Of a DNA stretch of 32,000 nucleotides, positions 7,656-14,528 are shown one piece after another (within the stretch, counting starts at the first letter, position 1; each line of letters starts with the position of its first letter). The notes beneath the pieces were generated by a model. That model was given only the letters and a program-made list of their open reading frames with translations. It did not search any database and was not told the origin of the DNA. The translations under genes were made by a program, and so were the position numbers. Source of the stretch: Candidatus Saccharimonadota bacterium (GTDB lineage Bacteria > Patescibacteriota > Saccharimonadia > Saccharimonadales > Saccharimonadaceae). The DNA lies in assembly GCA_001897305.1 (NCBI GenBank), contig MKSO01000001.1:420001-452000 (forward strand), in the 5' to 3' direction.

Positions 7656-9911
7656 GTGAAATTACTATCGAACAGTTTTTCAAAATCTGGTGGAGGTTTT
7701 GCACTCCCTACTGTTTTGATTGCCTCTACGGTTATGCTTCTTATACTCGCGACAACCCTCGTTTCTGTTACGTCGGGTGTTGCAGTTACTCTATCAAACC
7801 GACATTATAACTCGTATGCCAAAGAAGCTTCGGCTAGCGGATTGGCAATGGCGCAGGCCTGTCTGAAAGCCAATAACTATACGCCCCAATGGTCTGATGC
7901 CTCTCCTTTGCGTCCTAATACTAATTGTAGTGGCATCGTGCAGCCTTTGGTTTCTCCTTACGTGTACGACGACGGCACTCTTCAGACATCTTTTACTATT
8001 AACGAACCTACAAATCTTGCAAATGGTGTCCAGTGAGTCGTTGTTCAGTCAAAGGCTAATCTAATTCGTACAAGCACGGCTCAGGTATGGCAAACGTATA
8101 ATGATGCTGCCTATGCTACGATCTCGGGTGCGGTTTCATTTGATAGTATTACGTTTGGGTATGTAGGTGGCGGGAGTGCCTTCTTCGGTATCATCGACCC
8201 GCAAGGAAGCGTATCGGCTCTTGGCTATAATGCACAGGGTCAATTAGGTAACGGTACTACGACAAGCGCAACATCACCCCGTAATTTTGTATTACCGGTA
8301 GGCCTTAGGGTAAGTAGTTTGTACAGTAACTTCTTGTCAGTCGGTAAAATGATGTATGCGATCACTACTGATGGTTCGATGTACGGGGCTGGCGCAAACG
8401 ATAGCGGACAACTTGGTAACGGGACATTCTCCACCACACAGTCGACACCCGTTAAATTTAACTTGCCCGCTGGTGTAAGTGCGAAGTATGTAAGTAATCT
8501 GGCAGACGCAACCTATGTTATTGCTAGTAACAATAATATTTATGCAGCCGGAAACTGCGCTTACGGCCAATTGGGAAGTAACTACACCATTTCAGGATGC
8601 AGCAACCAGGCTAACCCTGTGCGCGTTGCGCTTCCAACACCTACTGCATCGGACCCAAACACCTTACCTGTTGCAACCAACGATTGGCTGCAGTCCACGA
8701 ACTTGGCAACCGACCGTTCAAACGTGTATGTACGTATGCAAGGTGGCCGCGTCTATGGCTGGGGTGATAATTCCGTAGGCGAACTTGCCAACGGTACGCT
8801 TAATTCGTCGTCAGTACCGGTAAAAATAGGTACTTACGGTGATGCAGGGCAGCCAAAAGCCAAGCAAATTGCATTCGATGGCGATGTTATTTACATTCTT
8901 GGCGACGATGGAAAAGTGAATGCCGCAGGTATGAACATATTTGGGCAGCTTGGAGGAGCTGCTGCTCCGGTGGGAAGCAGTACTGGCTATTGTATCGACA
9001 ACGCTAACAACTCCCCATCCACTGGTACTCGTGTGCGTATTTGGGGGTGCAATAATTCAACCGCTCAGAAGCTTGAATGGAACTACGATGGTTCAATTAG
9101 GTTTAGCCCTGATGGCGTTAATGATCTGTGTATCGACAATGCAAATAGTGGCTCCGCAAACGGCAACCCTATTATTACGTATACTTGCAATGGAACAGGA
9201 GCGCAGAAATGGGAAATGCGCGATGACGGTAGTATCTACAATGCTCAGGTGAATAAATGTCTAGATAACCCGGGCAATTCACCTACTCAAGGCACAGAAT
9301 TACAGCTACATGATTGTAATGGCACGCCGGCACAAGTCTGGTCACTAAAACCTGCTATTACTCTCTCGACCGTTCCGATTCCGGCAAGCTCTGGCAGTGT
9401 CACGCGCATCACGGCCGACCAATGGGCAACATTGTATCTTACGCAAGACGGAAAGGTTTGGGGCGCAGGGGTTAATTATGCTGGTCAGCTGGGTAACGGG
9501 ACGCATAAAATATATAACCCAGCTTTAACACAGTTCCAGATTCCAGCCGGTAGAAAAGCTATTGATTTCTACACAACCAAGACGGGCGTGTATAGTACGC
9601 TTGAGGCTAATACGTACATAGTGCTGGATGACGGAAGTGTGATTGGCGCGGGAGGAAATTCATATGGACAGCTCGGTAACGGCACAACAACGAGTTACGA
9701 GGCATCACCTAAGAAAATGAATTTACCCGTTGGTGTTAAAGCGAAAAGTGTGCAGACCGGTTTCGGCACGACCGTTATACTCACGGAGGATGGAAAAATC
9801 TATACTGTAGGAAATAATAACTATGGCCAGTTAGGTGACGGCACGACTAACAACAGCTCAACACCCCTAGCTCGTCAATATATCAATACACGACCCCTCA
9901 TTCTTTATTAG
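7656..9911 (+). pseudogene. paralog of the PilX_N-RCC1-ricin gene, interrupted by one in-frame TGA (fragments 7656..8036 and 8037/8319..9911)
   Basis: Both ORF-track pieces are in the same frame (8319-7656 = 663). The stretch 8037..8318 is open and homologous to the paralog (VVVQSKANLIRTSTAQVWQTYN... versus VVVQGRANLIRTSTAQVWQTYN...). The TGA at 8034..8036 aligns with CGG (Arg) in gene 1. It is otherwise intact, with RCC1 motifs and a ricin domain (AQKLEW, AQKWEM, AQVWSL) at about 8984..9350. Confidence 0.8.
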
Positions 9912-9914
9912 CAT

Positions 9915-10355
9915 ATGCGGTATAATCACTATAAGAATATGAAAAATATACCAAGACGATCAGTCTCTCATGCAACGGGTTTTACGGCCGTCGAGCTTCT
10001 TATTACCTTATTCGTCGCGGCTATCTTTCTTTCTGCGGGATATATTTTATATAACGTAGTTGTGACGAGGAGCTCGGAAGCAAGGCATCAAATTGAAGCC
10101 GACTCCATCGCGACCGATTATCTGCAGCGCTACCGCTCGCTGGTGAGTACGGCTTGTGTCGAATCAACGCCACTAATAAACTCCCCTGTCAGTGGTACTG
10201 ATGCAGCGAGTTTGGCTTCACCTAAAGTGTCTGTTACTATTTCCTGCCCAATACCAGCTCTCTCGAGCATTTCTAAGATTTCAGTAAAAGTAGATTACAA
10301 AGAAGGTGGTACAAATGAATCGGTACAACACGAGGCCTATGCGTCACGACCGTAG
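9915..10355 (+). CDS. type IV pilin-like protein (prepilin-type N-terminal cleavage/methylation motif)
   Basis: It carries the motif ..HATG|FTAVELLITLFVAAIFL, with Glu at +5 after the predicted cleavage site. An alternative start is ATG 9939, giving the leader MKNIPRRSVSHATG; it lies 12 nt downstream of a TATAAT at 9921..9926. Confidence 0.85.
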   Translation: MRYNHYKNMKNIPRRSVSHATGFTAVELLITLFVAAIFLSAGYILYNVVVTRSSEARHQIEADSIATDYLQRYRSLVSTACVESTPLINSPVSGTDAASLASPKVSVTISCPIPALSSISKISVKVDYKEGGTNESVQHEAYASRP

Positions 10356-11151
10356 TGGGTTTACTCTGGTTGAAATGTTAGTCATTTCTCCGCTTGTTAT
10401 CTTACTGATAGGTTCATTTATTTATGCCATAGTCGCCTTTACGGGTCAGGGTATGGCCGAGCGCGGCAAGGCGCTTCTTCTTAATGATGTACACGCCGCG
10501 CTTGATGAGATTGAGGATGACGTTGTGCTCAGTGGAGCCTTCCTCGCTACGAATAATCAAACCGTTAGCTCACCGCAGGGTGTGAATGATAATACGCAGG
10601 CTTTTGTGAGTAATACAACTGCCAATGCAACACTTATTCTTAACTCGTTCGCTACTACTGAGAGCCCGTCATCATCAACAAGAAGCTTAGTATACCTAAA
10701 CATTGCTTCTATCCCAAATGCCTGTGCTAATAAAACCCAGGCTATGACAATGAATGTGGTGTACTTTATTAAAAACAATTCACTTTGGCGCCGCACAATG
10801 ATGGTAGCTAATTATGCCTCTAAAGATTGTCCAAGCCAGACCATTTTTCAGCGGCCAAGCTGCTCACCCGGTGTGACGGGTACATTGTGCGAGACGCAAG
10901 ATGAGCAGCTCCTCGATGGAGTGCCTGATGGAGGCTTCTCAATCACCTACTATCCATCGGCATCCTCTGCTACACCTGTGACTGGTACGACCAGCAGCGA
11001 TAGTGCGGCTCGACAGGGGGCCCTAGACGCGGCCAACTCCATAAAAGTAACGTTAACTGCCAACGGTACTGCGGCGGGGCGTGATTTCACGCAGTCTGCA
11101 AGTGGCCGTTACACTAGGGCCGGCACGCTTATAAAGACAGCCACTCCTTAA
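10315..11151 (+). CDS. type IV (minor) pilin-like protein
   Basis: It carries the motif ..DRSG|FTLVEMLVISPLVILLIG, with Glu at +5. ATG 10315 is preceded by SD GAAGGTGG. It overlaps the upstream pilin gene by 41 nt. The large C-terminal domain is Ser/Thr-rich with 6 Cys. Confidence 0.85.
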   Translation: MNRYNTRPMRHDRSGFTLVEMLVISPLVILLIGSFIYAIVAFTGQGMAERGKALLLNDVHAALDEIEDDVVLSGAFLATNNQTVSSPQGVNDNTQAFVSNTTANATLILNSFATTESPSSSTRSLVYLNIASIPNACANKTQAMTMNVVYFIKNNSLWRRTMMVANYASKDCPSQTIFQRPSCSPGVTGTLCETQDEQLLDGVPDGGFSITYYPSASSATPVTGTTSSDSAARQGALDAANSIKVTLTANGTAAGRDFTQSASGRYTRAGTLIKTATP

Positions 11152-11159
11152 TGAGTGCA

Positions 11160-11192
11160 AAATAAAATACCCCTTAAGCGGGGTATTTTATA
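11160..11192. terminator. bidirectional rho-independent terminator between the pilin operon and rplL
   Basis: The stem is ATACCCC/GGGGTAT (7 bp) with a 6-nt loop. An A-run lies on one side and a T-run on the other. Confidence 0.75.
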
Positions 11193-11220
11193 ACGTATAA
11201 CAACTGGTCGAATAAATGAA

Positions 11221-11595
11221 TTACTGAAGTTCGACGCTAGCGCCAGCTTCTTCGAGGGTCTTCTTTGCAGCTTCAGCTTCTTCAGCTGGAACTTTTTCCT
11301 TAACGGTTGCAGGTGCACCGTCAACGATTGCTTTAGCTTCACCAAGACCAAGACCAGTAATGTCTTTAACAGCCTTAATAACAGCTACTTTCTGAGCACC
11401 AGCGTCCTTAAGAACGATAGTGTAGTCAGACTTTGCTTCTTCTGCAGGTGCAGCTTCAGCAGCAGGACCAGCAACAGCAACTGCAGCAGCAGCTGGCTCG
11501 ATGCCGTATTCGTCCTTGAGGATTGTCTTGAGTTCGTTTACTTCAAGAACAGTAAGACCTACAAGGGTCTCAGCGAGTTTCTTTAAATCAGCCAT
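11221..11595 (-). CDS. rplL: 50S ribosomal protein L7/L12
   Basis: [23 protein letters not shown]..., an Ala/Glu/Pro hinge, and C-terminus ...[15 protein letters not shown]...[19 protein letters not shown] precedes the ATG at 11595, so the ORF-track extension to 11610 lies inside the SD region and is rejected. Confidence 0.95.
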   Translation of the reverse strand: MADLKKLAETLVGLTVLEVNELKTILKDEYGIEPAAAAVAVAGPAAEAAPAEEAKSDYTIVLKDAGAQKVAVIKAVKDITGLGLGEAKAIVDGAPATVKEKVPAEEAEAAKKTLEEAGASVELQ

Positions 11596-11664
11596 GATAG
11601 CCTCCTTCAAAATATATTAATGTGATGCCGAAGCATCGGGTGTAACACTACAAGAGTGTTGGAA

Positions 11665-12189
11665 TTAACTGGTTGCTTTTGCTTCGACACCGTCGAGGAG
11701 CGCGTGCAAGTTGCCCGAAAGCGCGTTGGTAACGTCGTGAACCGGTGAAAGCAGTTGAGCAATAACTTCTGCAATGAGCTGTGACTTGCTTGGAAGTGCA
11801 GCCAGGGCTTTTACATCGTCGGCAGACAAAAGTCCGGCTTCGAGTGAAAGGCCACCAGCAATAACCAAAGCATCGTTGGTCTTTGCAAATTCGCTAAGTA
11901 CTTTAGCTGGCGCAACTTCGTCGTCGGTACCAATTGCGTAAAGCAATTGACCATTGAGCGAAGTAGTGTCAACATCCTTGTATTCGCTGATACCACCGAG
12001 GACAACGCGAACCAAACGGTTCTTGACGACCTTGATGATAACACCGTTCTCGCGAGCTTGTGCACGGAGGACTTGGAGTTGAGCAACGCTTAAGCCTTGG
12101 TAAGTAGCAAACGCAGTTGTTTTTGCGTTAGTTAGAAGCTCAGTAAATTCAGCAACCAATTCGTTCTTTTTATCGCGACTAATTGCCAT
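11665..12189 (-). CDS. rplJ: 50S ribosomal protein L10
   Basis: 174-aa ORF with a typical L10 N-terminus (KKNELVAEFTELL...YQGLSVAQLQVLR). SD AAGGAG lies upstream of the ATG at 12189. It sits directly upstream of rplL. Confidence 0.93.
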   Translation of the reverse strand: MAISRDKKNELVAEFTELLTNAKTTAFATYQGLSVAQLQVLRAQARENGVIIKVVKNRLVRVVLGGISEYKDVDTTSLNGQLLYAIGTDDEVAPAKVLSEFAKTNDALVIAGGLSLEAGLLSADDVKALAALPSKSQLIAEVIAQLLSPVHDVTNALSGNLHALLDGVEAKATS

Positions 12190-12400
12190 AAAAATCTCCT
12201 TGGTTTTTAACTATTCGACCAGATTGTTAATGGACAGACATTGGCAGTTGTAGCTTGGCTAGAAACTTTAGAAATAAAAAGAGTCTTTGGACCTCGCACT
12301 GCCAAAGACTACAGAAAATGTATGTTTTACATGTTCCTCGGTAGCGGATTAAGTGACGGCCTTGAGCATACTCTTGGCCATAACAGCTACTGTCTTTGGT
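12190..12400 (-). promoter_or_regulatory. rplJ 5' leader with alternative terminator/antiterminator pairings (L10-leader-like attenuator)
   Basis: On the minus strand, CCAAAGAC (12399..12392) can pair with GTCTTTGG (12309..12302). That GTCTTTGG can alternatively pair with a second CCAAAGAC (12290..12283) to form a terminator. The region is noncoding and lies directly 5' of rplJ. Confidence 0.6.
12272..12310 (-). terminator. leader (attenuator) terminator upstream of rplJ
   Basis: On the minus strand: AGTCTTTGG, an 11-nt loop, CCAAAGACT (9-bp perfect stem), followed by CTTTTTATTT. Confidence 0.6.
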
Positions 12401-12510
12401 ATGTCTAGGAGCAATTTTAACAGATGAGGCTCTAAAAAGCAAGGCTTTAACCAGTACTTATTCCATTAACTACCCTACTCTATACACTCTGGTATTTTTA
12501 AGGATTTAGT

Positions 12511-12518
12511 TGTATAAT
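12511..12518 (+). promoter_or_regulatory. extended -10 promoter (TGTATAAT) for the high-GC two-gene cassette
   Basis: TGnTATAAT sits in AT-rich DNA about 50 nt upstream of the ATG at 12571. SD GAGAGGAAG is at 12557..12565. Confidence 0.5.
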
Positions 12519-12570
12519 AAGTATTTGTTGCAAGTGAAATTCGTTTGCAATGAACCGAGAGGAAGTACCG

Positions 12571-12714
12571 ATGGATCAGAACACCACCACCGACGGCAGC
12601 AAAGTGGTCAAGCGTCTCAACGACCGTGCGCGTGAGCAAGCGCTACGGGATGCGGAAGACCCCTATGTTCCGCTGAGCGACCGCCTCGTCGACGACGGAA
12701 AGCCGGGTGTGTGA
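12571..12714 (+). CDS. small hypothetical protein (47 aa), high-GC cassette gene 1
   Basis: It is not on the ORF track because it is under 60 aa. The translation is MDQNTTTDGSKVVKRLNDRAREQALRDAEDPYVPLSDRLVDDGKPGV. It has an SD upstream and strong G/C bias at third codon positions. Its TGA shares one base with the next ATG (TGATG). Confidence 0.5.
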   Translation: MDQNTTTDGSKVVKRLNDRAREQALRDAEDPYVPLSDRLVDDGKPGV

Positions 12715-12953
12715 TGGCGTCCTGTCCGACTCAGACGTTGGAGGAGGCAGTCGATCGAGTGGTCGAAATCGCCGCCCGTGGTATGGACGCCGCTGAAGTC
12801 AAGCTGGCACTCAACAAGGTCGCCCAAGACCATGACATGGTGCCCACCGAGATCATGAAGGTCATTCGTCATCGTGATGAACGGGACGAATACGGCCCGC
12901 TGATCATCGCGAGCATGGGCTCAGCCAACCGTGCCATCCTGGGGATGATGTGA
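12714..12953 (+). CDS. small hypothetical protein (79 aa), high-GC cassette gene 2
   Basis: MASCPTQTLEEAVDRVVEIAARGMD.... Third codon positions are mostly G/C. The ATG overlaps the upstream stop codon. A GC-rich hairpin and a terminator follow. No recognisable motif. Confidence 0.6.
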   Translation: MASCPTQTLEEAVDRVVEIAARGMDAAEVKLALNKVAQDHDMVPTEIMKVIRHRDERDEYGPLIIASMGSANRAILGMM

Positions 12954-13025
12954 CTACATGGGTGGCGGGACGCACAGTGCTCGTCACCCATGTCACCCCC
13001 CGATACGTGGAACCCTCTCAACTAC

Positions 13026-13061
13026 GCCCTTCTCTGAAATGAGGAGGGCTTTCGCTTTATT
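13026..13061 (+). terminator. rho-independent terminator closing the high-GC cassette
   Basis: The stem is GCCCTTCTC/GAGGAGGGC (9 bp, one G-U pair) with loop TGAAAT, followed by the T-rich TTTCGCTTTATT. Confidence 0.6.
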
Positions 13062-13090
13062 AATATTTATGTTATAATTAAATTATTATT

Positions 13091-13996
13091 ATGTCTCTGC
13101 TTGAAACCGACTCAAATTACACCTACTCTGAAGACGATTTCGATGGGCATCACGCAGCCCCACTTCTTCTGATTGGCGAAGAGGAGAATGAGGAAGTTAA
13201 AAGTACACAAGATCGGTTTATTGACTCGATAAGCGCGTTGACTGAGTCTGAGATTTCCAAATATGCAAGTAGTCGTGTTGTTGGTTTTTCTGTTATGGCG
13301 ATAACGGCTCGTATTCATCAACGAGAGGCTCTTAATGCGAACAGCTACATACGGCGTCCATACAGGACGCCTTGTTATGACGAATTCCCAGATATGTCAT
13401 CGAGTGATATCGACGTTATTTGTGAAAAAGTTCGATATGGCCACGGTACTGCTATCGAAAATGAGATAGCAAGAGTAGCGCTTGGTATGGAATCGGTAGA
13501 GTATGGAAACCTTACTATTATTGGAGAGAAGCGAAAACAACTTGAAGAGTCGCTTTGGGGTGAAGTAAGTGAACTTGTTGGTAGAGATGCCAGCCCAAAC
13601 CCTGATGGAGTATATCGAATGAGTGTCCTCGGGTTTGATCGTGACATACGGTTGCCCGGGAACGTTAACTACGGTGCTATGCGTATCGGTCTCAAGCGTC
13701 ATGTGGGTACAACCCCTTATGGCGCTACTGTAAAAAACCGTACAACCGCAATTATTAATACCAGCACAGAAACTGGTATTGACCGTTCGTTACGCGAACT
13801 TTTTAGGGAAACCGCTATTAAAGCCACTGCTCGAGACGAAGAGACGGGAGAGCCAAAAAATGAAATTGAGGGGCTCAATGCAATTACGCACTTACCAGAA
13901 TTTCAAAGGTGCGTGTATTGGCTTATGACAACCGACATTTCTGAAGGAATCGTTTTGGCGCGCAACGAAACAGTATATGGTATTCGAGCAAAATGA
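13091..13996 (+). CDS. hypothetical protein (acidic N-terminus, no recognised domain)
   Basis: 301-aa ORF at native (low) G+C. TATAAT at 13073..13078 lies 12 nt upstream of the ATG. No SD. Confidence 0.7.
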   Translation: MSLLETDSNYTYSEDDFDGHHAAPLLLIGEEENEEVKSTQDRFIDSISALTESEISKYASSRVVGFSVMAITARIHQREALNANSYIRRPYRTPCYDEFPDMSSSDIDVICEKVRYGHGTAIENEIARVALGMESVEYGNLTIIGEKRKQLEESLWGEVSELVGRDASPNPDGVYRMSVLGFDRDIRLPGNVNYGAMRIGLKRHVGTTPYGATVKNRTTAIINTSTETGIDRSLRELFRETAIKATARDEETGEPKNEIEGLNAITHLPEFQRCVYWLMTTDISEGIVLARNETVYGIRAK

Positions 13997-14036
13997 TACG
14001 CTAGACGCGCCTAGTGCTGTGTATTAGACTAAACCT

Positions 14037-14528
14037 ATGCTATCGGCTATCGTCGCAGTCTCGAATAATGGCGTTATTGGAAATTCCGGTGACCTTCCTT
14101 GGTATTTGCCGGCTGATTTGCGTCATTTTAAACAAATAACTACCGGCCACACGGTTATTATGGGCCGTAAAACCTACGATTCAATCGTAGCGCGCCTTGG
14201 TAATGGCCTTCCGGATCGACAAAATATTGTGATTACTCGGTCGAGTGACGCGACGTATTCGGATGCTTTCGTAGCAACTACTATTAATGAGGCACTCGAA
14301 GTCAGTACCACCGATGACCCAATTATCATCGGTGGTGCGCAAATATACGAACTTGCCGCACCGCTTATCGACCGTTGGTATATTACCGAAGTCGACACGT
14401 TTATTGAAGGTGATGTTGCCCTAAAGGGCTTTAATAGAGACGATTTTGAAGAAGTCGATCGAGAGAGCCACCTGGCCGACGCGAGGAATCCCTATAATTA
14501 CAGCTTTGTGATTTACGAAAGGAGCTAA
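14037..14528 (+). CDS. folA: dihydrofolate reductase
   Basis: 163 aa. IVAVSNNGVIGNSGDLPWYLPADLRHFKQITTGHTVIMGRKTYDSI and ...IIGGAQIYE are classic DHFR motifs. Confidence 0.92.
   Translation: MLSAIVAVSNNGVIGNSGDLPWYLPADLRHFKQITTGHTVIMGRKTYDSIVARLGNGLPDRQNIVITRSSDATYSDAFVATTINEALEVSTTDDPIIIGGAQIYELAAPLIDRWYITEVDTFIEGDVALKGFNRDDFEEVDRESHLADARNPYNYSFVIYERS

Larger units (their letters stand above)
5330..9911 (+). repeat. tandem duplication of a ~2.3-kb gene unit (two paralogs including their upstream -10-like box)
   Basis: 5331..7604 and 7642..9911 are colinear paralogs. The upstream motif is shared (ggTACTATagtagtactGTG versus ggTATTATagaagcacGTG). The first ~112 aligned residues from FALPTVLIAS differ at about 12 positions, and the C-terminal ~95 residues are also highly similar. 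Confidence 0.9.

Noticed and set aside
8034-8036. UGA reassignment (genetic code 25 or 4, as in some CPR lineages and Mollicutes) as the explanation for the in-frame TGA.
   Set aside because: TGA terminates several well-supported genes in this window at positions matching full-length homolog ends (7602, 16583, 23414, 13994, 4038). The aligned residue in the paralog is Arg, not Gly or Trp.
12227-12442. 71-aa minus-strand ORF upstream of rplJ.
   Set aside because: It lies entirely within the structured rplJ leader, spans the terminator hairpin, and has no SD. It is most likely a chance ORF in noncoding RNA.
12663-12872. 69-aa minus-strand ORF inside the high-GC cassette.
   Set aside because: It is antisense to the better-supported plus-strand ORFs. 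Long shadow ORFs are expected in GC-rich coding DNA, and it has no SD or promoter.
12956-12993. The GC-rich inverted repeat after the cassette's stop codon as an integron attC-like recombination site.
   Set aside because: I see no RYYYAAC/GTTRRRY core sites and no integrase in the window. A simple RNA stem-loop or stabiliser is sufficient.
12548-13061. I asked whether the high-GC segment is a structured RNA gene, since tmRNA, RNase P RNA and other GC peaks in AT-rich genomes are often ncRNAs. I noticed GAGGAAGUACCG, which vaguely resembles the RNase P GAGGAAAGUCC motif. I also noticed a ...NYALL-stop reading near 13010-13036, reminiscent of a tmRNA tag.
   Set aside because: The highly conserved AAAGUCC and other RNase P core motifs are absent. 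There is no GGGG... 5' acceptor or T-arm/CCA-type 3' end for tmRNA on either strand. The region shows clear three-base periodicity (G/C at third positions) in two SD- and overlap-linked ORFs, so protein coding is the better explanation.
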